A stretch of DNA of 64,000 nucleotides from Eubacteriales bacterium (GCA_045587445.1 JAZNCH010000065.1:1416-65415); one strand, 5' to 3'; positions 28,759-38,662 are shown, counted from the first letter of the stretch. Made by a program: numbers and translations. The notes: generated by a model from the letters alone, not told the origin.

Positions 28759-30201
28759 TTACGAGTAAATTTTATTCAAATCATTTCTGAGTGCATAAGC
28801 CTGTCTTCCCGTGTAATAGGCAAACGACGATTTCGTTGTAACAGCCTGTTTCAGTGCATCATAGCTCGAAGAAGCAACGCTTGCGTAAGAATCGCCGTAC
28901 ATATATGCAAAATCATAAACAGGCACTTTGAATATATCCTTAATATATTTGTACGACTCTTCATTTCTCAATACGTGGTCAAGATAATCTCTCGCCAAAG
29001 CGTCGTGAAGCATATCCCCCGCCTCATTAAAGGCACGAAGCAAGTCAACTGCATATTCGGTACGGTTATTAGAAGTCAATACACAGAACACATAAGCATT
29101 TTCGTCTGTCGGTGTATAGTATTTATCCTGTTCCGCATCAATCTTAGGCATCGGCAAAACTGTAAAATTACCGTTAAGCTTGGAGGCATTTCCCAAAGTA
29201 TCGACGTAGAAAAGCAACTTATCCTGTGCAAAAAGCTCCTGTGCATTTTCAGACGCCGTAAACGAAGCAGCATCTGCCGTAACGTTCTTTAGGTTTGTAA
29301 CCAAATTATCAAGTCTTGCACCATTGTTTGCAAGAGTAGGCAAAGAGCCGAGTGCAGTACTCATATAATTCATTCCCGATGCAGTAAACACACTTTCGAT
29401 AAACGAGTCAATACCGGTAGTGCCGACAGATACAATATCCGAATGATTTTCGGCACATCTGCCTCTGTAGCTGAGCATAAGGTCAAGCGTCCAAGTTCCA
29501 TTGTTTACAGCCTCGTATATTTCGGAAGTAAAACCGTAGGTATCGGACACTTTTTTATTCAGATATACGCAAGTATATGCGTTTGGTGAAACAGCACCGT
29601 TACCGACAACTCCGTATAACTTGTTATTTCCCGCAGTCTGTGCCGTCGCCGAAGCATTATAACATTCAGCGTTAAAAACATCTCCGTAAAGTGCATTTAG
29701 ATCGGCAATCATATTGCGATTTTTAAGATAACCGATAGCTTTTTGAGGAACACAAACAAGGTCAGCATAAAAGAGTCCTGCATCAAGCGAGCTTTGCGCA
29801 TCACTCAAAAAAGTATCGTACGGAGTAGCAAAAACATTGAGAGTACAACCGAGTTTTGCAGAAATAAGCAAACTCAACTCTTTCACAGCCCGACTGTAAG
29901 TGGTTCCGCCGTTTACTGAAAATTCTTGATCTGCATCTTCAACGATAACAATGTTAAAATTAAGCCCATCAAGGTTTTTACCTGCAAAAATCTCATTCAA
30001 AGCATTTTCCGCACTCACTTTAGAAGGCTCAAGCACATCTTTCATTGGCGGAACGGTTTCGTAAACTCTATCCGTTTCGGGAAGCGTTTCAGCCGAAGTT
30101 TCTCCATTCTCTTTTCTATCATCTATTTCGATAACACACGATGTCGTGCTGCACAGACACAGCAATATTACAAGAAAAAATATTCCAATTTTTTTCAGCA
30201 T
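28759..30201 (-). CDS. Lipoprotein, extracellular solute-binding-like
   Basis: Signal peptide with Cys lipobox, acidic linker, GTWTLD and LPMPK.D..Q..Y motifs. Confidence 0.7.
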   Translation of the reverse strand: MLKKIGIFFLVILLCLCSTTSCVIEIDDRKENGETSAETLPETDRVYETVPPMKDVLEPSKVSAENALNEIFAGKNLDGLNFNIVIVEDADQEFSVNGGTTYSRAVKELSLLISAKLGCTLNVFATPYDTFLSDAQSSLDAGLFYADLVCVPQKAIGYLKNRNMIADLNALYGDVFNAECYNASATAQTAGNNKLYGVVGNGAVSPNAYTCVYLNKKVSDTYGFTSEIYEAVNNGTWTLDLMLSYRGRCAENHSDIVSVGTTGIDSFIESVFTASGMNYMSTALGSLPTLANNGARLDNLVTNLKNVTADAASFTASENAQELFAQDKLLFYVDTLGNASKLNGNFTVLPMPKIDAEQDKYYTPTDENAYVFCVLTSNNRTEYAVDLLRAFNEAGDMLHDALARDYLDHVLRNEESYKYIKDIFKVPVYDFAYMYGDSYASVASSSYDALKQAVTTKSSFAYYTGRQAYALRNDLNKIYS

Positions 30202-30221
30202 GTGTTTACCTCGTTTCAAAA

Positions 30222-31622
30222 TCATTTTATTGTGTAAGTCGTTCCCTCTTTTGTATCTGTAAGAATGATACCGCGCGCGGCAAGTTCATTTCTGATTCTG
30301 TCAGCCTCTGCGTAATTCTTAGCTTTCTTTGCTTCAAGACGAAGAGCAATCTGCTCTTTGATTTCCTTGTCAAGCTCACTGTCAACCTCGTTTGAAGATT
30401 CTTCTTCAACCTCTTCTTTATCAAGGTCAATGCCGAGGATAGAGTCGCAACGGATTATAAGCTCGTATATAGCGTTTGATTTCGTTTCATATCTCGCCAT
30501 ATTCCATACAGCTCCGAGAGCTTTGGGAATATTGAGGTCATCATTTATAGCATCTTCAAATTCTTTGAGAAGCTTTGCAAGTTCCTCTTCGCTTACAACT
30601 CCGTCAGCCCCCTTGTGCTTCTTGATTTGGTTCTTAAGGTTCTTAAGCGACTTTTTAGCTGAATCCATTCCGTCGAATGTAAAGTTAAGCTTTTGACCGT
30701 AGTGAGCATTCAAACAAAAATATCTGAATACCATAGGTGAGTAACCCTTTTCTTCAAGCTGGTCAAGAGTGTATGTGTTGCCGAGACTCTTTGACATTTT
30801 ACCGCCGTCAACAAGCATAAATTCACCGTGTATCCACCATTTAGCCGCAGGGTGACCGAGAAGACCGCAGGTCTGAGCAATTTCATTTTCGTGATGTATC
30901 GGAATATGGTCAACGCCGCCGGTATGAATATCGAACTCTTCACCAAGATATTTAAGTCCCATAGCCGAGCATTCGATGTGCCAACCGGGATAACCCATAC
31001 CCCAAGGAGATTCCCACTGCATGATGTGTGTGGGGTCAGCCTTTTTCCAGAGTGCAAAATCTGCGGGATGACGCTTTTCGCTGTTTACTTCAACACGTGC
31101 ACCAGCCTGATTTTCGTCAAAGTTCATTCTGGAAAGTCTGCCGTAATCCTTGAATTTCTTGATGTCGTAGTAAATACCGTCGCTCGTTTCGTAAGCATAG
31201 CCCGTTTTAAGTAAGCCCTGTACGAATTCTATCATTTCTTGAATGTGCATGGTTGCCTTGGGAACAAGCTCGGGACGCTGAATGTTGAGTCTGTCAATAT
31301 CCCTGAGGAATACGCTTGTGTAGTATTCCGCAATTTCCCAAGGCGTTTTTTTCTGCTCGCGGGCAGTTTTGTTCATTTTATCTTCGCCATCGTCGCCGTC
31401 GCTCACAAGATGACCTACGTCGGTTATGTTCATTGCGTGAAGAAGGTCGTAACCGTTCCACTGCAATGTTCTTCGCAAGAAGTCCATGAAGATGTAAGTT
31501 CTCATGTTACCGATGTGTGCATATCCGTATACGGTAGGTCCGCAAGAGTATATTCTTACGGTTTTTCCGTTAAGCGGCTCAAACGCGCCTTTTGTTCTCG
31601 TTAGTGTGTTGTAAAGCTTCAT
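30222..31622 (-). CDS. cysS: Cysteine--tRNA ligase
   Basis: CGPTVY, HIGN, PGWHIECSAM, HHENE, KMSKS. Confidence 0.98.
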   Translation of the reverse strand: MKLYNTLTRTKGAFEPLNGKTVRIYSCGPTVYGYAHIGNMRTYIFMDFLRRTLQWNGYDLLHAMNITDVGHLVSDGDDGEDKMNKTAREQKKTPWEIAEYYTSVFLRDIDRLNIQRPELVPKATMHIQEMIEFVQGLLKTGYAYETSDGIYYDIKKFKDYGRLSRMNFDENQAGARVEVNSEKRHPADFALWKKADPTHIMQWESPWGMGYPGWHIECSAMGLKYLGEEFDIHTGGVDHIPIHHENEIAQTCGLLGHPAAKWWIHGEFMLVDGGKMSKSLGNTYTLDQLEEKGYSPMVFRYFCLNAHYGQKLNFTFDGMDSAKKSLKNLKNQIKKHKGADGVVSEEELAKLLKEFEDAINDDLNIPKALGAVWNMARYETKSNAIYELIIRCDSILGIDLDKEEVEEESSNEVDSELDKEIKEQIALRLEAKKAKNYAEADRIRNELAARGIILTDTKEGTTYTIK

Positions 31623-31671
31623 TTTTTCTATTCTCTCCTATTCAAGTAAATATTATACAAATTAAGCATTT

Positions 31672-31795
31672 ACCAAAGGACCTTTTTGAAAAAAGTTCCT
31701 TTGGAATCCCCAAAAACTTTTGTAAAAAAAGTTTTTGAGAGGTGAAGTTTTCGTCAACCTTTTTCAAAAGGTTGCGGGGTATGGGGCGGCGCCCC
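31672..31795. repeat. REP-like TTTTTGAAAAAA palindrome cluster
   Basis: Related copies at 25701-25746 (inverted) and 48790-48832. Confidence 0.7.
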
Positions 31796-31796
31796 T

Positions 31797-31856
31797 TTAT
31801 TTCTTCTTTTCTAATTCTGTAATTCTTGCTTCAAGCTCTGCCATACGTTGAGCAAC
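31797..31856 (-). pseudogene. Orphan duplicate of the cysE 3' end ([19 protein letters not shown])
   Basis: 26-bp exact direct repeat 31831-31856 / 31933-31958, in frame with cysE. Confidence 0.65.
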
Positions 31857-31898
31857 AGTTTCAGTATCTCCCCCGGCTCCGCCGGGGGAGACTTCTAT

Positions 31899-32639
31899 TT
31901 AACTCTTTTCTTCAAGTTTCTTGAGCCTATCCTCAAGCTCTGCCATACGTTGAGCAACGGGGTCGGGGATATGAATATGGTCGAGGTCGTCTGCAACTCT
32001 CAAGTTATTGCGTTTAACAATCTTAGCGGGAATACCTACTGCGGTACAGTTTTCGGGTACCTCGGTCAAAACAACAGCATTAGCAGCAATCTTTGAGCCG
32101 TCGCCCACCTTAAAGGGACCGAGCACTCTTGCACCCGCACCCACCATAACGTTATCGCCTAAGGTCGGGTGTCTTTTTCCGGTATCTTTACCGGTACCGC
32201 CGACAGTAACGCCCTGATAAAGAGTACAGTTGTCGCCGATTTCGGTAGTCTCACCGATAACAACGCCGGAGCCATGGTCGATAAACAAGTTCTTACCGAT
32301 AGTCGCGCCGGGGTGAATTTCGATACCCGTAATCGCCTTTGCGCCCTGACTTATAAGACGAGCGGAAAACTTATGGTTTTTCTTATATAGCTTATGCGAA
32401 AGCCTATGCGCCCAAACCGCGTGAAGTCCCGAGTAAAGCAAAAGTACTTCTGCGGTACTTGAAGCTGCGGGGTCTCTTTCTTTAACCGTCTTAACGTCTT
32501 CGGCAACGGTATTTTTAATATCATTAACGATTTTTGCTGTTTTACTGTTTTTGTAATACTGCTTTGCGACCTTAACAGGTTCGCTTGTTATAACGTCTGC
32601 TATAACGTCAAAAACATCTTTTTTAAAATACTTTTTCAT
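31899..32639 (-). CDS. cysE: Serine O-acetyltransferase
   Basis: [24 protein letters not shown]...KRHP. Confidence 0.96.
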   Translation of the reverse strand: MKKYFKKDVFDVIADVITSEPVKVAKQYYKNSKTAKIVNDIKNTVAEDVKTVKERDPAASSTAEVLLLYSGLHAVWAHRLSHKLYKKNHKFSARLISQGAKAITGIEIHPGATIGKNLFIDHGSGVVIGETTEIGDNCTLYQGVTVGGTGKDTGKRHPTLGDNVMVGAGARVLGPFKVGDGSKIAANAVVLTEVPENCTAVGIPAKIVKRNNLRVADDLDHIHIPDPVAQRMAELEDRLKKLEEKS

Positions 32640-32654
32640 AACACAACGTCTCCC

Positions 32655-32880
32655 TTCAAAAAAAAATCCGCCTTTGATACTTTCAAAGGCGGCAATTCCG
32701 CGGTTCCACTTCGGTTTCTAACTTGCGTGTCATTTATCGCTGACAAGGCGGGTGTGATTAGCACCTGCTCACGGGTGCACTTCCGTCTCGGCGGGTATGC
32801 ATCTTACACCAAACCGACGCACTCTCTGAACCCTTTTAATAACCTATTCTTGACGGCATTTTCCCGATCATAGCATTACT
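32655..32880 (-). promoter_or_regulatory. T-box riboswitch (Cys specifier)
   Basis: Stem I with AGAGA and GGTG-A motifs, GAAG-TGC-AC specifier, T-box AAGTGGAACCGCG, terminator CCGCCTTTGA...TCAAAGGCGG. Confidence 0.9.
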
Positions 32881-32945
32881 CTTCTTATACTATTATACAC
32901 ATCTTTTTCCATTTGTAAAGTATTTAAGAAAAATATTAACAAACA

Positions 32946-33149
32946 TTAGTCCTCTGTAATATCAAACAAATCGTTTGGAGTACAGTTAAAAAGCAAACAC
33001 ATAGTCTCAATATTTTCGTAACGAATAGATTTCGTTTCATTGTTTACCATTTTGTTGAAATTCTGATAACTCATTCCAAGCTGCTTATACAGCCAATATT
33101 TTGTCTTTCCGTTCTTTTTTAATAAATCCAACACCCTTAACTTTATCAT
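32946..33149 (-). CDS. Small XRE/Cro-type HTH regulator
   Basis: 67 aa; TKYWLYKQLGMSYQNF..., LFNCTPNDLF. Confidence 0.85.
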   Translation of the reverse strand: MIKLRVLDLLKKNGKTKYWLYKQLGMSYQNFNKMVNNETKSIRYENIETMCLLFNCTPNDLFDITED

Positions 33150-33472
33150 AAGATACTTCCTCATTATATATTTTTTAAATGGTATCTTATTTTTCCTCTT
33201 TACATATAGACTAATGCATTATATAATGTATTGGTCCGTAAAAAACAAATATTTGAAGATTAAAGAAAAAAGCGACTTTTCTTTGATGTTAATTTCAAAG
33301 AAGAAAAGCCGCTTTTTTCTTAACGCAATCCACCTCCCTCCTCAGATGGAGGTTTAACATAGTAACCACTCAATATATGTATGTACACCAATTAATCTAT
33401 CCACACAGATAACTGTTATTAAAAATATAACAAAAATCACAATAAAACTTTTTGATTTTGTTACAATACCGA

Positions 33473-33501
33473 TTGACAAGATTAATAATATTATGTATAA
33501 T
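33473..33501 (+). promoter_or_regulatory. Consensus SigA promoter
   Basis: TTGACA-N17-TATAAT. Confidence 0.8.
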
Positions 33502-33537
33502 ATTGGTGTATTTTGTTTTGTCGGAGGGATATGTTAT

Positions 33538-33660
33538 ATGACATGTTGTATATGCTGTTGCAAATCGAACATAATTTGCTCATCTTCACAGCCTTGTTGC
33601 ACCCATTTCGGCAGAACTGCGCAGTATAACTGCAAACCTTTAACAGCGCAAAAAAAATAA
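33538..33660 (+). CDS. Unannotated 40-aa cysteine-rich peptide
   Basis: GGAGGG 9 nt before ATG; MTCCICCCKSNIICSSSQPCCTHFGRTAQYNCKPLTAQKK*; terminator directly after the stop. Confidence 0.5.
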   Translation: MTCCICCCKSNIICSSSQPCCTHFGRTAQYNCKPLTAQKK

Positions 33661-33690
33661 AAGGACATTCCCCCAAAGAATGTCCTTTTT
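33659..33690 (+). terminator. Intrinsic terminator upstream of purE
   Basis: AAAAGGACATTC...GAATGTCCTTTTT. Confidence 0.8.
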
Positions 33691-33736
33691 GTGTTTTGTT
33701 TTTACTAATATTTACATAAATCAGGAGGGCAACCAC

Positions 33737-34234
33737 ATGAAAAAGGTAGCTGTAATTATGGGAAGCGACAGCGATTTCCCCAAGGTAAAAAATTGTCTCG
33801 AGAAGTTAAAGTATTTTGGTATTCCTTTTGAGACACACGTATATTCCGCACACAGAACGCCTGACGAAGCGGCAAGCTTTGCAAAGAATGCGAAGGCTAA
33901 CGGCTTCGGTGTTATTATAAGTGCGGCAGGTATGGCGGCTCATCTCGGCGGCGTACTTGCGGCATATACCATACTTCCTGTTATAGGAATTCCTGTAAAG
34001 AGCGCATCTTTTGACGGAATGGACGCACTCCTTTCTACAATAATGATGCCTCCCGGTGTACCCGTTGCAACGGTAGCCGTTGACGGTTGTGCAAACGCGG
34101 CAATTCTCGCGGCACAGATAATCGCCCTTTCAGACGATGAACTTGCAGAAAAGCTTGAAGCTGAAAAGGTAAAAATGGCTGAAGGCGTTAGAGCAAAAGA
34201 CGCAAAGATTCAAGAAGAAATCAAGAATATATAA
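33737..34234 (+). CDS. purE: N5-CAIR mutase
   Basis: MGSDSD, SAHRTP, AGMAAHLGG, MPPGVPVATV. Confidence 0.97.
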   Translation: MKKVAVIMGSDSDFPKVKNCLEKLKYFGIPFETHVYSAHRTPDEAASFAKNAKANGFGVIISAAGMAAHLGGVLAAYTILPVIGIPVKSASFDGMDALLSTIMMPPGVPVATVAVDGCANAAILAAQIIALSDDELAEKLEAEKVKMAEGVRAKDAKIQEEIKNI

Positions 34235-34272
34235 GTTTTTTATCGGTTAGGATTTCGGAGGAAAAATAATTT

Positions 34273-35661
34273 ATGTTTGGAAAAATCCATGAAGAATGCG
34301 GTGTATTCGGTATATTCGACCCCGCTAAAAAAATTAACGTAACACAAACAACATACTCGGGTCTTTACGCTTTACAGCACAGAGGTCAGCAGTCCTGCGG
34401 CATCGCCGTCAACAACAACGGTATGATATACAACCACAACGATGAGGGATTGCTTAACGAAGTATTCAACGAAATGATACTCAACTACCTCAAGGGCAAC
34501 ATAGCGATAGGGCACGTACGTTATGCAAATTCAGAAAACAAAGGCAGAGAAAACAATCTTCCCTACGTTTCAAAATATACAAAAGGTCAGATTGCGGTAT
34601 CTTACAACGGCTCTCTTGTAGGAGCAAACGACATAAGAACAAGCTTAGAAGACTCGGGTGCTATGTTCCACACGAACTCCGACGCTGAAATCATTGCATA
34701 TATGGTATCCCGCGAAAGACTCAAGACTGTATCTACAGAACAAGCACTCATTAACATTATGGACAGACTTACCGGTGCATACTCCGTAGTAATAATGACC
34801 CCGAATAAGCTTATTGCAGCAAGAGACCCCAAGGGCTTCCGCCCACTCTGTATGGGTTCACTTGATGATGCAGTTATATTCGCTTCCGAATCGTGTGCTA
34901 TTGATGCTGTCGGCGGTAAATTTATACGCGATGTTCAACCGGGTGAAGTTGTTGCGGTAACAAAAGACGGCGTTGAATCATTCGTTGAAAAATGCGATCA
35001 AAAAACGACAAGCTGTATTTTCGAACATATATATTTTGCAAGACCTGACTCTGTTATTGACGGACAGAGTGTGCATTTTGCAAGACAGGAAGCAGGCAGA
35101 TGCCTTGCAAAAAGAGACGATAAGAACATCGCCGACATAGTTATCGGCGTACCCGACAGTGGTATCGACGCGGCTCTGGGTTATGCCGCAGAATCGGGAA
35201 TTCCCTACGGTATCGGATTAAACAAGAACAGATACATAGGCAGAACGTTTATACAGACAGGTCAAGGCGAAAGAGAAAATCTTGTAAGACTAAAGCTCAA
35301 TCCAATGCCGTCAGTACTTAAAGGCAAACGCGTTGTAGTCGTAGACGACTCTATCGTAAGAGGGACGACCTGCGCGCACCTTATCGAACTTATCAGACAC
35401 GCGGGTGCTACCGAAGTACACTTCCGTATTTCGTCTCCACCTTTCCTTAACCCCTGTTATTTCGGCACCGATATAGCTTCAAGAGACAAGCTCATCGCTT
35501 GCCGCCTTACACTTGAAGAAATCAGAAAAGAGATAGGCGCAGACTCACTTGCATATCTTGCGATAGAAGACTTGAAGCAGATAGTAAAAGATTCAAACCT
35601 TGAATTCTGTGATGCTTGCTTTACCGGAAATTATCCTGTAAAAGTACCGGGAGAAAACTGA
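34273..35661 (+). CDS. purF: Amidophosphoribosyltransferase
   Basis: EECGVFG, LQHRGQ, CIFE.IYFARPDS, VDDSIVRGTT. Confidence 0.95.
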   Translation: MFGKIHEECGVFGIFDPAKKINVTQTTYSGLYALQHRGQQSCGIAVNNNGMIYNHNDEGLLNEVFNEMILNYLKGNIAIGHVRYANSENKGRENNLPYVSKYTKGQIAVSYNGSLVGANDIRTSLEDSGAMFHTNSDAEIIAYMVSRERLKTVSTEQALINIMDRLTGAYSVVIMTPNKLIAARDPKGFRPLCMGSLDDAVIFASESCAIDAVGGKFIRDVQPGEVVAVTKDGVESFVEKCDQKTTSCIFEHIYFARPDSVIDGQSVHFARQEAGRCLAKRDDKNIADIVIGVPDSGIDAALGYAAESGIPYGIGLNKNRYIGRTFIQTGQGERENLVRLKLNPMPSVLKGKRVVVVDDSIVRGTTCAHLIELIRHAGATEVHFRISSPPFLNPCYFGTDIASRDKLIACRLTLEEIRKEIGADSLAYLAIEDLKQIVKDSNLEFCDACFTGNYPVKVPGEN

Positions 35662-35662
35662 T

Positions 35663-36289
35663 ATGAAAGTAAAGAACATTGCAGTATTGGTTTCAGGCGG
35701 CGGAACCAACTTACAGGCTATAATCGATGCCTATAAAGCGGGTAAGATAACAAACGGCAGACTCGCACTGGTACTTTCGAGCAACGAAAAGGCTTATGCG
35801 CTTGAAAGAGCGTCAAACAACGGAATCGAGAGCTGTGTTATAAAAAAAGGTGCTGACAGAGAAGCATTTTCCGATGCTATTCTTGCAAAGCTCGAAGAAA
35901 AAGATATTGACATTATCGTACTTGCGGGCTTTATGCACATACTCAGTGGCAAAATCATAGAAAAATACACGAACAAGATACTTAACGTTCACCCGGCACT
36001 TATCCCAAGCTTTTGCGGAGAGGGCTTTTACGGACTTCACGTACACGAAGCAGCTTTGGCAAAAGGCGTTAAGGTAACGGGAGCTACCGTTCATTTTGTA
36101 AATGAGATAGCTGACGGCGGACCTATCATATTGCAGAAGGCGGTTTATATAGAAGAAAACGATACTCCCGAAACCTTGCAAAGAAGAGTTATGGAAAATG
36201 CAGAATGGGAGATACTTCCAAAAGCTCTCGACCTTCTTTGTAATGAAAAGCTTTCGGTTGAAAACAATATAGTAAAAACAAAATATTAA
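35663..36289 (+). CDS. purN: Phosphoribosylglycinamide formyltransferase
   Basis: SGGGTNLQA, LAGFM, NVHP, GATVHFV. Confidence 0.96.
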   Translation: MKVKNIAVLVSGGGTNLQAIIDAYKAGKITNGRLALVLSSNEKAYALERASNNGIESCVIKKGADREAFSDAILAKLEEKDIDIIVLAGFMHILSGKIIEKYTNKILNVHPALIPSFCGEGFYGLHVHEAALAKGVKVTGATVHFVNEIADGGPIILQKAVYIEENDTPETLQRRVMENAEWEILPKALDLLCNEKLSVENNIVKTKY

Positions 36290-36312
36290 CCATAAAACCA
36301 GAGAGGTAAAAA

Positions 36313-37863
36313 ATGAAAAAACGTGCTATAATCAGTTTATCCGACAAGACCGGCGTTGTTGAATTTGCACGCCGTCTCGAAAAACTCGGCTATGAGATTC
36401 TATCTACCGGCGGTACGGCAAAGACTTTGACAGACAACGGAGTTGCTGTTACGAATGTTTCCGACGTTACGGGTTTCCCCGAATGTCTCGACGGACGCGT
36501 TAAAACACTTCACCCGATGATTCACGCAGGTATACTTGCTATGAGAGGCAATGAAGAACACATGAAGCAGATTGAAGAGCTCGGTGTAACTCCCATCGAC
36601 GTTGTTGCTATCAACCTCTATCCTTTCAAGGAAACAATTTTGAAAGACAACGTTACACGTGAAGACGCTATAGAAAACATCGACATCGGCGGCCCTACAA
36701 TGCTTCGCGCGGCTGCAAAGAACTGGCAGGACGTTGCAGTTATCGTTGACCCCGTCGACTATGACACTGTAACAAGCGAACTTGAAGCAAACGGCGAAGT
36801 ATCAAAGGATACGAAACTTAAGCTTTCTTATAAAGTATTTGAACATACGGCAGCTTACGATACTCTTATTTCGGGCTATCTCAGAAAAGAAAGCGGTATG
36901 CCCTGCTTCCCCGAAAAGCTCTCTCTTACTTACGAAAAGGTAAGTGAAATGCGTTACGGCGAAAATCCCCACCAAGCAGCAGCGTTCTACCGTGAAGTCG
37001 GCAAGGGATTTGAAGGCACTTTGGCGGCTGCAGAACAGCTTAATGGAAAAGAACTTTCCTATAATAATATTAATGATGCAAACGGCGCGCTCGATACAAT
37101 CAAAGAATTCGGCGACGACATTTGCTGCGTTGCACTTAAACACGCTAACCCCTGCGGCGTAGGTATAGGCGAATCCGTTTACGAAGCATATACGAGAGCT
37201 TATGAAGCAGACCCCGTATCAATTTTCGGCGGTATAGTTGCATTTAACCGCAAGGTTGATTCCAAGACAGCACAAAAGCTCGCTGAACTCTTCCTTGAAA
37301 TTATTATTGCACCCGAATACGATGCAGAAGCTCTCCAGATTCTCTGCACAAAGAAGAACCTCCGCGTTCTCCGTCTCCCCGAAATTGCAAAACCGAACAG
37401 AAAAGAAATGTTCGATATGAAAAAGGTTGCAGGCGGACTTCTCGTTCAGGAACTCAATACAGAAATGTATGATGATGCTGACGTTAAGGTTGTTACAGAA
37501 AAGACTCCTACCGCAGAACAGCTCCGCGATATGAAGTTTGCTATGAAGGTTGTTAAACACACCAAATCTAACGGTATCGCTCTTGCAAAAGACGGCGCGA
37601 CAGTAGGTATCGGTCCCGGCCAGACAAACAGAATTACAGCACTTGAACTTGCAATTAAGTACGGCGGCGAAAAAGTGTCCGGAAGCGTTATGGCAAGTGA
37701 TGCATTCTTCCCCTTCGCTGACTGTGTTGAAGCGGCTCACAAGGCAGGCATAACAGCTATTATTCAGCCCGGCGGAAGTATTCGCGACCAAGAATCCATT
37801 GATGCTTGTAACAAATACGGCATTGCAATGGTATTCACAGGCAAGAGACACTTTAAGCATTAA
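36313..37863 (+). CDS. purH: Bifunctional AICAR transformylase/IMP cyclohydrolase
   Basis: [39 protein letters not shown]. Confidence 0.97.
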   Translation: MKKRAIISLSDKTGVVEFARRLEKLGYEILSTGGTAKTLTDNGVAVTNVSDVTGFPECLDGRVKTLHPMIHAGILAMRGNEEHMKQIEELGVTPIDVVAINLYPFKETILKDNVTREDAIENIDIGGPTMLRAAAKNWQDVAVIVDPVDYDTVTSELEANGEVSKDTKLKLSYKVFEHTAAYDTLISGYLRKESGMPCFPEKLSLTYEKVSEMRYGENPHQAAAFYREVGKGFEGTLAAAEQLNGKELSYNNINDANGALDTIKEFGDDICCVALKHANPCGVGIGESVYEAYTRAYEADPVSIFGGIVAFNRKVDSKTAQKLAELFLEIIIAPEYDAEALQILCTKKNLRVLRLPEIAKPNRKEMFDMKKVAGGLLVQELNTEMYDDADVKVVTEKTPTAEQLRDMKFAMKVVKHTKSNGIALAKDGATVGIGPGQTNRITALELAIKYGGEKVSGSVMASDAFFPFADCVEAAHKAGITAIIQPGGSIRDQESIDACNKYGIAMVFTGKRHFKH

Positions 37864-37872
37864 TCTATAAAT

Positions 37873-37912
37873 GATATATGGGCTGACAGCTTAGGCTGTC
37901 AGCCCATATATT
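37873..37912 (+). terminator. Terminator after purH
   Basis: ATATATGGGCTGACAGC-ttag-GCTGTCAGCCCATATAT. Confidence 0.8.
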
Positions 37913-38112
37913 TGAATACAATTGAGAGGATATGGGCGAAACCCATACCCTCTCTGATTTGTTTACAGCAAAGTAATTCTTGCTTATATGTAGAGGAGAC
38001 CTGCGGTCTCCCTCGGGCGAACCAACTTCGGCTTTGCCGAAATATTTAGCCCCTACCGTGTGTTAGGTAAATTTACTTATGAGAACCGGCTTTTCAACAA
38101 ATATTTTTATCT

Positions 38113-38634
38113 TCACATTACCCATTTTACAACATTAGGATTCTTTTCGAAGTTGCGTACTGCATCGTCTGCAGCATATCCTAAAGCCGCCATACCATAA
38201 ACCAAATGCTCGGCGGGAACGCCTATTTTATTTAACTCTGCTCTAACGTTTGTGTCGTCGCAAACACCTTTAAACTGATTTATCCATACAGAGCCGATTC
38301 CAAGTGCGTGCGCCGCAAGAAAAATATTTTCCATAGCCACCGCACAATCTTCAACACCGTGAGCATTATCTCTCGGATTCGAGCAAAGTATAACCGCGTT
38401 GGGTTTATAAAAACAATAGCCCTCGTCTCTGCCAAGCTTTACCCGTAGGCACTGAGCAAGAGACTCAATAACATCGGAATTTTGAACAACGGTAAACTGC
38501 CAAAGCTGTTTATTCATAGCACTCGGCGCGTGATATGCCGCTTTCACTATGGTATCAAGGTCTTCCCTTGCAATTTTCTTATCGGTAAAGCTGCGTATAC
38601 TTCTTCTTTCAAGAAGGCATTTAATCGCATCCAT
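38113..38634 (-). CDS. Nitroreductase family protein
   Basis: RRSIR.F, APSAMN.Q.W.F, LAAHALGIGSVW. Confidence 0.92.
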   Translation of the reverse strand: MDAIKCLLERRSIRSFTDKKIAREDLDTIVKAAYHAPSAMNKQLWQFTVVQNSDVIESLAQCLRVKLGRDEGYCFYKPNAVILCSNPRDNAHGVEDCAVAMENIFLAAHALGIGSVWINQFKGVCDDTNVRAELNKIGVPAEHLVYGMAALGYAADDAVRNFEKNPNVVKWVM

Positions 38635-38662
38635 AATATTTCTCTCCCGTAATATTTTTTTA

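Noticed and set aside
33505-33690. Purine, ZTP or PRPP/ppGpp riboswitch, or 6S RNA, before purE
   Set aside because: I could not find the conserved core motifs by eye; a covariance search is still needed to exclude them fully
34273-35661. Degenerate purF or a defective pur operon (no purC/M/L/D here)
   Set aside because: The catalytic Cys and PRPP motif are intact, and split pur clusters are common
37985-38057. GTAG...CCCCTAC segment as an IS end
   Set aside because: A degenerate GTAG-type REP remnant with no transposase nearby
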